DNA of 32,000 nucleotides from Crocosphaera subtropica ATCC 51142 (lineage in GTDB: Bacteria > Cyanobacteriota > Cyanobacteriia > Cyanobacteriales > Microcystaceae): contig NC_010546.1 in NCBI RefSeq assembly GCF_000017845.1, forward strand, positions 90,001 through 122,000. The letters are read 5' to 3'. Below, in pieces: positions 1-7,640 of this stretch. The notes beneath the pieces were generated by a model that saw only the letters and a program-made list of their open reading frames with translations, was not told the DNA's origin and searched no databases. The position numbers and the translations under genes are program-made. How positions within the stretch are numbered: the stretch's first letter is position 1; each line of letters begins with the position of its first letter.

Positions 1-1
1 T

Positions 2-340
2 GGGAAACTCAAACTCTATCCTTGTCCCATCACTGGGGGGATTGATCAAGGAGAAACCCCAGAACAAGCAGCTATTAGGGAAGTTGAGGAAGAATCGGGT
101 TTTTCAGTGCAGGTTTTGCCTCTCGGTCGATATATTGTCGGGACACAAACTAATGAAATCTGCTATTTATATTATGCTGATGTCACTAAACTAGAGCCAG
201 AAGAAGCGAAACAAGATGGCACTTACTTCGAGTTGATCAGTAAAAATGAATGGCATGATTTTGAGTATTTGAGTCAGTGTGATTATTCAGCTTGTCAGAT
301 AGGGTATTTTCGGTTGAAAAATGTGTTGGATCTTGACTGA
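2..340 (+). CDS. NUDIX hydrolase, 5' end cut by the window edge
   Basis: Frame 2 is open from the window edge. The translation ...PITGGIDQGETPEQAAIREVEEESGF... matches the Nudix box GX5EX7REUXEEXGU. Track ORF 107..340 is the tail of this frame. Confidence 0.8.
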   Translation, partial: GKLKLYPCPITGGIDQGETPEQAAIREVEEESGFSVQVLPLGRYIVGTQTNEICYLYYADVTKLEPEEAKQDGTYFELISKNEWHDFEYLSQCDYSACQIGYFRLKNVLDLD

Positions 341-359
341 GATGATGTGGTAATTGTAA

Positions 360-971
360 TCATCGACTTTTTTCGATGATTCCCTTGAGATCCATCTGGG
401 TATTACAATTAAAAAGAACAGAGCGATCGCTGACAAATAGTTCTTGGACATATTCGCATTGTAACCATTGCTGAAAGGATCGCCCTCCTGCTTGGATAAA
501 GCTCTCTAGGGACGTTAAACAAGAAGAACGATAAAACCCACACAACGGGTCCCACCCTTTTTCATGAAGGGGTAAACAAGCAGTGACTTGATCAGAAACT
601 TGATGTAACTGTTGTAACCATTCCTCGATGGCTTGAGTTGTTAAGTTAGGTAAATCACAGGCTAACAATAACACCCATTCTGTCTTAACATGGGATAAAG
701 CTTGAGCGAATCCCACTAGCGGACCTTGACTATCTCCCGATGGACATACTTCTTGCAATAGATAACAGCTTGAAGGAACGATCCTTTGATAACGCTCTAT
801 CCAAGGGGTAATAATATAAATAGGGTTAGCATATGCTTGGATTAAGGTAGCACTCCGTTGTAACAAGGGAACGCCTTTAATCTCAATCAGTGCTTTATCT
901 TTGCCCATACGGGAGCTTTTACCCCCTGCAAGGATAATGGCACTAAGAGCGGATTGGAAAGGTTTTTCCAT
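360..971 (-). CDS. mobA: Molybdenum cofactor guanylyltransferase (MobA)
   Basis: 203 aa. The N-terminal ILAGGKSSRMGKDKALIEIKGVPLL is the MobA nucleotide-binding signature, and the length is typical. Confidence 0.85.
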   Translation of the reverse strand: MEKPFQSALSAIILAGGKSSRMGKDKALIEIKGVPLLQRSATLIQAYANPIYIITPWIERYQRIVPSSCYLLQEVCPSGDSQGPLVGFAQALSHVKTEWVLLLACDLPNLTTQAIEEWLQQLHQVSDQVTACLPLHEKGWDPLCGFYRSSCLTSLESFIQAGGRSFQQWLQCEYVQELFVSDRSVLFNCNTQMDLKGIIEKSR

Positions 972-992
972 TTTAAACTATGGGCTAAAGCA

Positions 993-1319
993 ATGAATGA
1001 TCGCCATCATGATCCGTTTCAAGAACAAAAACTAGAAAAGTTACAGCAAATAACTCGTCTAATCCCTGTTGTTGGCTGGATTCCTGCGCTTTGGACAGTG
1101 TATCATCATCAGGGGACTCGTCAAGTCTTATCGGTCAGTCGTTTTTCCCTGCGACTAACGGTTATTTGGGCAATTGCTTATAGCTTACTCTGGTTAAGCT
1201 CATTACAAACATCTGAAACGCTTACGTTACGGTTATTGTATCTCAACGGCTTGCTCACATCGGGTTACATTTTAGTTTGTTTAGGATTAATGTTTCGGGT
1301 TTGGCAGAGAAAAAACTAA
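993..1319 (+). CDS. Hypothetical small membrane protein
   Basis: Track ORF 954..1319. The first 13 codons overlap the mobA start, so the ATG at 993 (MNDRHHD...) is more plausible. There are two or three hydrophobic helices. No family recognised. Confidence 0.45.
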   Translation: MNDRHHDPFQEQKLEKLQQITRLIPVVGWIPALWTVYHHQGTRQVLSVSRFSLRLTVIWAIAYSLLWLSSLQTSETLTLRLLYLNGLLTSGYILVCLGLMFRVWQRKN

Positions 1320-1528
1320 AGTCGTCTTAGTCACACATAACGCCTGATTGCCTATGGGCGTGGTAATATTGGTTAGGGTAGTCTCAAAAGCTAATGATGT
1401 TTGAGTTCTGAATTCCCTTTTGTCTTCTACAATCAATTGACCTCCCGACACCCCTTGTCCCTCTTCGTCGTTTGCCTAGGATAATAGAGAAGCTTGACAC
1501 GAGATGGAGAGCGTCTAATTTTAAGACA

Positions 1529-1717
1529 CTAGAATAGGTCGTTTTTCATCAAATCTCTGATTAGATTGTCTCTAGCCATGATTTGCTGCATGGTGTCGAT
1601 CAAGTAATCAATGACTTGTTCCCGTTCTAAGTCTTGGAACTCCTGCTGTAAGCATTGCAGTTGAAACTGCTGTTCCATCGATAGTTCAAAGGTTTTTGCG
1701 TCCATGATAAACTCCAT
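1529..1717 (-). CDS. nblA: Phycobilisome degradation protein NblA
   Basis: 62 aa (or 58 aa from the internal Met at 1705). The LSMEQQFQLQ motif and the approximately 60-aa helical size are characteristic of NblA. Confidence 0.8.
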   Translation of the reverse strand: MEFIMDAKTFELSMEQQFQLQCLQQEFQDLEREQVIDYLIDTMQQIMARDNLIRDLMKNDLF

Positions 1718-1761
1718 TAGTAAATTGATAGTTAGTGAAATTGTTATGGGTCAATAGAGAA

Positions 1762-1926
1762 CTATTTGCCCAAGTTGCGAACCACATTTGTTTTAATCAT
1801 TAATAGTCGTGATGCTTGAATCAACAAATCTAATGCTTGTTCCCGACTCATTTGAGTGGCCGCATCACGAATCCGTTTCATCTCAAATTGTTGTTCTAAG
1901 GTTAGATTGCAAGAGGTGTTTTCCAT
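1762..1926 (-). CDS. nblA: Second NblA paralog (54 aa, below the ORF-track cutoff)
   Basis: Hand translation of the minus strand gives MENTSCNLTLEQQFEMKRIRDAATQMSREQALDLLIQASRLLMIKTNVVRNLGK. It has the same LTLEQQF motif. ATG is at 1926..1924 and the stop at 1764..1762. It lies in tandem upstream of the other nblA. Confidence 0.7.
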   Translation of the reverse strand: MENTSCNLTLEQQFEMKRIRDAATQMSREQALDLLIQASRLLMIKTNVVRNLGK

Positions 1927-2631
1927 AATGACTCCTTGATTGATGACAAACAGGGTATTGAGATATATAGGTGGACAGTTAGCTTTGTAACTTGTCTTTT
2001 AATATAAAGCAATGTAACAAAGATTTGACAGGATGTCTACCTTATGTATAAATCATAGCGACTAATCCTGGGTTCTACAAGTTCCTGTTGCCTTTCAGAT
2101 AGATTACCCACCTAAGTTGAATAACTATGCACATAACATCATTTTTAGCAAGTCTTTTGCCGAAAAGTTGCTCAAAGTGAACAAAAGTGGTAATAATATA
2201 CTGAAAAGATGACAACATAAAAAAGTTACACTGTAGCCTCTGGGGTGAAAAAGATAGATAATAAGTAGCACTAACTCAAATGCTTCTATCAAATCATGGA
2301 AAAACTATCATTATTTTTTAGGGAATTATTTGACGAATCGTCTATACATTCTGTAATAATTTAAGAGGGCATTATCCGTTCAATCCATTTCTATTCAATC
2401 GAACGCCGAATAAGCCAAGTCTCAATGATTCAATTGCCTGATCTGAGTATCGTTAAAGAAAAATTGATTTTAATGACACAAGCCAATAAAAGGCAAGCAA
2501 GTTTTGGTTATGGCGTAGGAAGTCATGGTAAAGTTATTTCTTGTTTCCTATGCACCTACAATCAAACAAAACCCAAACATGGGCAATTTATCAAGTTTTT
2601 TATCAACTCAATTACTGGAGGTATCTCTTAA

Positions 2632-3084
2632 ATGCCTATTCGCTTATATGTAGGTAATTTACCCAAAGAAAACCTAGAACGCCAAACCTTGGAGGAACTA
2701 TTTGCTGATGGAGGCGAAATTGTATCCATTAAGGTGATCAAAGAACGCAAAACCGGCAAATGTCGTGGCTTTGCCTTTGTTACCGTTCCTAACGATGAAT
2801 TAGCTGACGCATTTATTGAAAAATACAATGGTCAGTCCTTTATGGATAATGATCTCAAAATTGAGAAAGCATTGCCCCGCAACAAAGGAAAAGACTCACC
2901 TAATGAGGGAAATGCGGACAATAAACCTGCTACTAAATCCAAAAAAGGTGGCGGGAAAAAACGCAATACTCGTTCTTCTTCATCTAGTAGCAGTTCTTCT
3001 AACGAAAGCTTTCAACCCGATCCCCGTTGGGCTGATCAATTAGCACAACTCAAAGAAATGCTGGCAGCGTCTTCTAATAACTAA
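2632..3084 (+). CDS. RRM-type RNA-binding protein (cyanobacterial Rbp) with a Lys/Ser-rich C-terminal tail
   Basis: RNP2 is LYVGNL and RNP1 is CRGFAFVTV. GGAGG lies about 10 nt upstream of the ATG. The tail contains an S9 run rather than a Gly-rich tail. Confidence 0.9.
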   Translation: MPIRLYVGNLPKENLERQTLEELFADGGEIVSIKVIKERKTGKCRGFAFVTVPNDELADAFIEKYNGQSFMDNDLKIEKALPRNKGKDSPNEGNADNKPATKSKKGGGKKRNTRSSSSSSSSSNESFQPDPRWADQLAQLKEMLAASSNN

Positions 3085-3211
3085 GGGATGGAAAAGAGAT
3101 AAGGGATGGATGGTATGGCCCGATATAGTTGATTGAAGGCTAGGTCATCCCCTATTCTTAATTCCATAAACTGTATAAAATGACACCAATAATTATTTTA
3201 GGAGATCGTCC

Positions 3212-3913
3212 ATGTCAGATCCGATTGTGATGATGAAACAAGAGGTGGGTAAAGCAGCAGCAGCCCGTGTTAAATCAGATTCGATTGTGGGTTTAGGAAC
3301 AGGGTCAACCACTGCCTACGCCATACAATATATTGGTGAACGGTTACAATCGGGAGAATTAAAGAATATTGTCGGCGTTACTACTTCGTTTCAAGCAGAG
3401 GTCTTGGCGAGAAAGTATAATATCCCCTTAAGCACTCTAGATGTGGTTGATCGCATTGACATCGCCATTGATGGGGCTGATGAGGTTGATCCTCAAAAGA
3501 ACTTAATCAAAGGTGGCGGTGCAGCCCATACCCAAGAAAAAATTGTTGATAGTTTAGCAGAACAGTTTATTGTAGTGGTTGATGGCGGTAAACTGGTGGA
3601 TAAGTTGGGGTCAACTTTTTTATTACCTGTTGAGGTAATTCCTAAAGCCGTTGTTCCTGTGATGCGTAAATTGGAGCAATTGGGAGGCAAACCAGAATTA
3701 CGAATGGGAGTCAAAAAGGCAGGTCCTGTGGTAACAGACCAAGGTAATTTGGTTATTGATGTGAAGTTCGACAGTATTGATGATCCTGCAACCCTGGAAA
3801 AAACCATTAATAATATCCCTGGTGTACTAGAAAATGGCTTATTCGTTGGGGTTACTGATGTGGTGTTAGTGGGTGAAATTATTGATAATAAACCTGTTGT
3901 CCGAGAAATTTAA
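3212..3913 (+). CDS. rpiA: Ribose-5-phosphate isomerase A
   Basis: 233 aa with [19 protein letters not shown] and [13 protein letters not shown] motifs typical of RpiA. AGGAG lies upstream of the ATG. Confidence 0.92.
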   Translation: MSDPIVMMKQEVGKAAAARVKSDSIVGLGTGSTTAYAIQYIGERLQSGELKNIVGVTTSFQAEVLARKYNIPLSTLDVVDRIDIAIDGADEVDPQKNLIKGGGAAHTQEKIVDSLAEQFIVVVDGGKLVDKLGSTFLLPVEVIPKAVVPVMRKLEQLGGKPELRMGVKKAGPVVTDQGNLVIDVKFDSIDDPATLEKTINNIPGVLENGLFVGVTDVVLVGEIIDNKPVVREI

Positions 3914-3920
3914 CCCTCTT

Positions 3921-3973
3921 CCTGGCGAGAAATCCCTCGCACTGCGTTCCTTGTACGGGGATTTCTCGCCAGG
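3921..3973. repeat. Perfect 16-bp inverted repeat hairpin; probable end hairpin of a decayed IS200/IS605 element
   Basis: CCTGGCGAGAAATCCC (3921..3936) is the exact reverse complement of GGGATTTCTCGCCAGG (3958..3973), with a 21-nt loop. It lies 7 nt from the stop of the tnpA relic. No T-run follows it. Confidence 0.6.
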
Positions 3974-3980
3974 GCATAAC

Positions 3981-4135
3981 TTACTGGGGAGACTTTTGGT
4001 TTTGGATATACTTCTTGATAACTTCTAAGGGTGCGCCACCAGTAGAAATCACACAATAAGAACTTGACCATAAGACAGGCTTTTGACACTCACACGGGTA
4101 GAACCGCGTGTGATTCTTCCATCTAGCCCCCAAAA
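3981..4135 (-). pseudogene. tnpA: IS200/IS605-type TnpA (Y1 transposase) C-terminal relic
   Basis: Minus-strand translation gives ...KPVLWSSSYCVISTGGAPLEVIKKYIQNQKSPQ* with the stop at 3983..3981. This resembles the conserved C-terminal helix of IS200 TnpA, which carries the catalytic Tyr. Upstream frames are broken by stops and no HUH half is present. Confidence 0.6.
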
Positions 4136-4204
4136 AGAGTAGGATCAAATAGAGACAGTTGGATGTACTCTATTTGCTCTTTCTGAGTATTCATGAAGTT
4201 CGGG

Positions 4205-4536
4205 GGTGTGCCAAGCACCCCATAATTTAAGTCGGATGAATTTATTACAAAAGCATCTTTCTTTAGACTTAAATTACAGTGGAAACCATCATATTGAGCA
4301 AGATTTCTGGATGCGTTTAAATCCGAGTTTTGATATGGAGAAGAACTACAAACCCATCACATCATAAAAGTAAAAGATGGGGGTGATGACAACATAGAAA
4401 ATCTAACTCACATTCACAAATGTTGTCATATCCATATACATTCTGGAAAGCAGGGAGCTTGAGCCGTATGATGAGAAATTGTCAAGTACGGTTCTTAGGG
4501 GAGGGTAGGTATGGTGACATACCTCCTTTACCCGAC
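4205..4536 (+). mobile_element. Group II intron 3' fragment A (degenerate HNH coding remnant plus domain V/VI)
   Basis: A frameshifted HNH remnant reads ELQTHHIIKVKDGGDDNIENLTHIHKCCHIHIH. Domain V-like GAGCCGTATGATGAGAAATTGTCAAGTACGGTTC lies at 4461..4494. It is followed by a GTGA-looped hairpin (domain VI-like) ending near 4536. Confidence 0.65.
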
Positions 4537-4737
4537 AATGCTTGCTTATCCTGCATTATTCATGAAGAAAAAACAAAACCTAAAAAATAAGAAATTGGCA
4601 TCAAAAATGATTTTTTATGAAATGGATTTTTTTAAAATCGTGAATCTGGCTAATCCAATCACTAAAAACTAGCTAAAAAGTGGAAAAAATACTAAATTCA
4701 TGTCATACAGACACACCAATCCCATGAGACATAGATG

Positions 4738-6137
4738 TTAGGAAAAAGTTAATTGTTGACCCGAAGATAATCGTTGTACCATTAAGAGAATGTCATCCCG
4801 AAAAGGACAATGAGCAGCTAATTCTACTAGAGTTCTTCTCACAGAAACAGTAACTTTAGAGCTATTTTTATAATGGTTTCCCTCAAACGAGAAACTTGAG
4901 CCATCCCCAATCTCGTCCCTTCGGCAGAAGCCCGAAGTTCAAGCATTAAAATATAAGCTGCTTGGCATAAAAATAAGCGAAATTGATTAACAATAAATTT
5001 ATGGTAACTGAGACGATCTGCATTAATGCCTAGTTTCAATTCTTTAATTCGATGCTCAGAACTTGCCCCTCTTTGAACATAAAAATTATCGTAAAGTTCT
5101 TGCGGTTCTGTTTCCAAATTAGTCACCAAAAATCGAGGATTACTACCTTTTTTAAGCCATTCTGCTTTCATGACAATTCGACGAGGAGCTTTCCAAGTTT
5201 TGGCAGCATAATATACATCATCAAACAGCGGATGCGACCCCGCGCCGTCGCACGGCGCAAGGGAACGCGCACCAAGCAAACGAGCCTTATCTTGAGTCCG
5301 AAAATACTGTAATCTAGCTAGGTCAAGAAGATAATTAATTTTCCTTTTTAACACAGCATTTTTACTAAAGCCAAAAACATATTTTATATCTTTTTGTTCG
5401 CAAAGATTCATGATTTCAGGTAAAGAAAAACCTCCATCTCCTCGCAAAATTATTTTCACAGATGGCCAAGCTTTTCTTAAACGCCAAAACAGCCATCTTA
5501 GTAACCCTAAAACCCCTTTACCTGCGTGAGAATTTCCTGGTCTTAAGTGTAAAAGTAAAGGATAACCACTTTTGGCTTCATTAATTAAGACAGGAAAATA
5601 AATTTGATGTCCATAGTAACCATGAAATAAGCTCAATTGTTGGTGTCCATGAGTATAAGCATCAAATCCATCTATATCTAATACTATTTGTTCTGGATCT
5701 GAGGAATAATTTTGAAGAAATTTATCGACAAAAAACCGACGTATCCTTTTAATTTCTTGTTTAGTTATTCTATTTTCTAGGCGACTAATCGTCGGCTGAC
5801 TTGCTAATAATTCTGCTTCCATTTTGGGAATTTTATCACAAATAATTTTAAAAATTGGGTCATGACGTAAGTAATTACTATCATTCGTATCTTCATATCC
5901 TGCTGCTATTTGATAGATTCTTTGACTTATTAACTGAAATAGTGGATGTTTAACTTTATGTTGTTCTCTTTCATCTTCTAAGCAATCGGCGATTCCTTGA
6001 CACACTTTCCAATTTTCTTCTCCTTGCTTTAGCAATAATAATCCCGCATCTGTACTTAAATCTAGTCCAGAAAACTTGACCTCTAATGGTTTCTTCGTCT
6101 TAAAATTAAAGGGGAGTTTTTTGGAAAATGTTTTCAT
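4738..6137 (-). pseudogene. IS1380-family DDE transposase, frameshifted near the 3' end and carrying a GC-rich hairpin insertion
   Basis: Track ORF 4839..6137 (432 aa) ends ...ETIIKIALKLLFL*. The +1 frame continues KVTVSVRRTLVELAAHCPFRDDILLMVQRLSSGQQLTFS* to 4738, which looks like the normal C-terminus of this family. The N-terminus (LSTDAGLLLL, QRIYQIAAGYEDTNDSNYLRHDP) is typical of this group. Confidence 0.6.
5234..5268. repeat. 35-nt GC-rich hairpin module, copy A (inside the IS1380 transposase)
   Basis: The sequence is GCGACCCCGCGC-CGTCGCACG-GCGCAAGGGAACGC. Both arms are identical to copy B at 10126..10160. It encodes the in-frame segment APCDGAGS within an otherwise AT-rich gene. Confidence 0.6.
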
Positions 6138-6352
6138 GAATAATCAATGGATTTATCTAACTTTTATTCCTCCCTTTATTATAGTTTATTCTGAACTTTT
6201 TGAAAGCATTGTTTTAACTTATTCTTGATAATTCAAAAATAAATAATTAGTAAGAGATTAAAATTACAGACTGTTGTTCGGTTGAAATCTCTATATTCGT
6301 TATGGGATAAGGCTTTTAGGTTTTTTTTTCATGTTTTCATGAATAATACAGG

Positions 6353-6800
6353 CTAGTGTATTGGAGTACAAGAATGGGCAAAAATCCTGAGATGCCAAAG
6401 CGAACAGCATCACTGCTCAAAAAGCAAAAAGGGAAATGCGCCCACTGTGGACTGTTCTTTAAAGATGAAGACACTATAGAGTTAGACCATATCATTCCTA
6501 AGTCGAAAGGTGGAAAGAATGAATATAAAAATTGGCAACTACTCCATAGACACTGCCATGACGAAAAGACCAGAACAGATGGAAGTCTGGAAAGGTCTGG
6601 TAACAAAACTGGTTGTAACAGTACCATACCAAAACAACTATCAGATATCCCATCTAACTACAGATGGATAAACGATATGCTTGTGACGGCGTACTAATGA
6701 CAATAGCCGTTTTACTGAGGAGCCGTATGATGCGAAAGTATCAAGTACGGTTTTGGAGAGCAGTGGAGAAGGTGACTTCTTCACTGACTTTACTGTCCTC
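6353..6800 (+). mobile_element. Group II intron 3' fragment B (HNH domain of the intron-encoded protein plus canonical domain V and domain VI)
   Basis: The HNH ORF is cut at its 5' side by the IS end. Domain V is GAGCCGTATGATGCGAAAGTATCAAGTACGGTTT at 6720..6753, with a GAAA tetraloop. A GTGA-looped hairpin follows (CAGTGGAGAAG/CTTCTTCACTG). The 3' boundary is approximate. Confidence 0.7.
6356..6697 (+). pseudogene. C-terminal fragment of a group II intron reverse transcriptase/maturase (DNA-binding plus HNH endonuclease region only)
   Basis: The translation is VYWSTRMGKNPEMPKRTASLLKKQKGKCAHCGLFFKDEDTIELDHIIPKSKGGKNEYKNWQLLHRHCHDEKT, an HNH motif. No RT domain is present upstream. The frame opens only 9 nt before, at the IS boundary. 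Confidence 0.75.
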
Positions 6801-6929
6801 TGAGCAGGCCCACGCACCCAAACGGTGTGGAGGATTTGCTAAAGACTGGGAGGTGAAGCGACAGAAACCTCGGACGTAGCAAAGCGCAGTCCGTAGGTAG
6901 TTCATGAAAATCTTATCGAACAATCTCAT

Positions 6930-6962
6930 GAGGACAATAATGATTGTCCTCTTTGTTGTTTT
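6930..6962 (+). terminator. Rho-independent terminator-like hairpin
   Basis: A perfect 9-bp stem GAGGACAAT/ATTGTCCTC (6930..6938 and 6943..6951) has a 4-nt loop and is followed by TTTGTTGTTTT. Confidence 0.55.
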
Positions 6963-6967
6963 ATGGA

Positions 6968-7285
6968 CTACTGACTATGAATATCTTGATACAAATAAAA
7001 ATTAAAAACATCAAATAAACCTCCAACCATAGCACAAGTTACCCCAATGGTTAGCATTCCTTGTACGGGGTATCCTTCTCCAAAGGTAGAAAGAAAGGAT
7101 AACATCAGTTCTTGTCCAATTTCACCTAGGATAGCAATTCCTGGAATATAACTGACGGTTAGTAATGTTCCTAAAATTCCCCCTACAAACAACACAGGGG
7201 TAACAAAACTCAATAACACACTTAAGAATAGGGAACGAATTAAATTAGACACAGTGGCCATCTCCCAATTACTACAGCCAAACAA
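6968..7285 (-). CDS. Small hydrophobic membrane protein (hypothetical)
   Basis: 105-aa ORF with three predicted helices rich in G/L/V. The start may be the internal Met at 7261 (MATVSN...). Confidence 0.5.
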   Translation of the reverse strand: MFGCSNWEMATVSNLIRSLFLSVLLSFVTPVLFVGGILGTLLTVSYIPGIAILGEIGQELMLSFLSTFGEGYPVQGMLTIGVTCAMVGGLFDVFNFYLYQDIHSQ

Positions 7286-7640
7286 ATCGTGAACTTTGAT
7301 TTGTTATACTAGCTCTTCTTTTACAATAAGTGCTTTTTGTTTGTCTAGGGGTTAATGTGACAAAATCTTAAATCTTTATTAAAAAACTTGGCAAATAGCA
7401 ATTAAATGATAGGTGTTTGTGGCGATATTGCTACATTTCATCAACTTATTCAACTCATGTATTACGTTATATTAATTTTTGTCTCTGACTATTAAGTTAT
7501 CAAATCCCCAACAGGAAGGGGACAAAAACATTTTGAGAAAATCTTAAATTTTTAATAAATTCAGAACAGTTTTGTCTTAATCAAGGAACTCTACACTAAA
7601 ATTTTATCAATCCTTTTATTTCTGATTTAGGATAATTTTT

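Larger units (their letters stand above)
4550..6352 (-). mobile_element. IS1380-type (IS4-superfamily) insertion sequence, about 1.8 kb
   Basis: The terminal inverted repeats are CCTGCATTATTCATGAA (4550..4566) and the reverse complement of 6336..6352, CCTGTATTATTCATGAA (16/17 identical). They start with CC, as I recall for IS1380-family ends. A single DDE transposase ORF lies inside. The flanks CTTAT and CTAGT do not form a clean target duplication. Confidence 0.65.

Noticed and set aside
2425-2631. 68-aa ORF immediately upstream of the rbp gene
   Set aside because: It has an odd composition and no recognisable motif. It ends at the rbp start codon and overlaps the rbp Shine-Dalgarno region. 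It is more likely part of the long rbp 5' leader.
2628-3807. Antisense or alternate-frame ORFs inside rbp and rpiA (2628..2828 minus, 2816..3043 plus, 3493..3807 minus)
   Set aside because: They are shadow ORFs of well-supported genes, with low-complexity Ser/Thr/Pro-rich translations.
3947-3960. 14-mer TTCCTTGTACGGGG is shared between the hairpin loop at 3947..3960 and 7057..7070
   Set aside because: A handful of 14-mer coincidences are expected in a 32-kb window counted on both strands. The second copy lies inside a coding region with no further similarity.
5052-5312. 86-aa plus-strand ORF inside the IS1380 transposase
   Set aside because: It is antisense to a strongly supported transposase ORF and has no motif.
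6337-6929. ORFs 6337..6627 (minus), 6664..6879 (plus) and 6741..6929 (minus)
   Set aside because: They overlap the group II intron HNH ORF or the domain V/VI RNA region. The translations are not protein-like, and the sequence is better explained as intron RNA.
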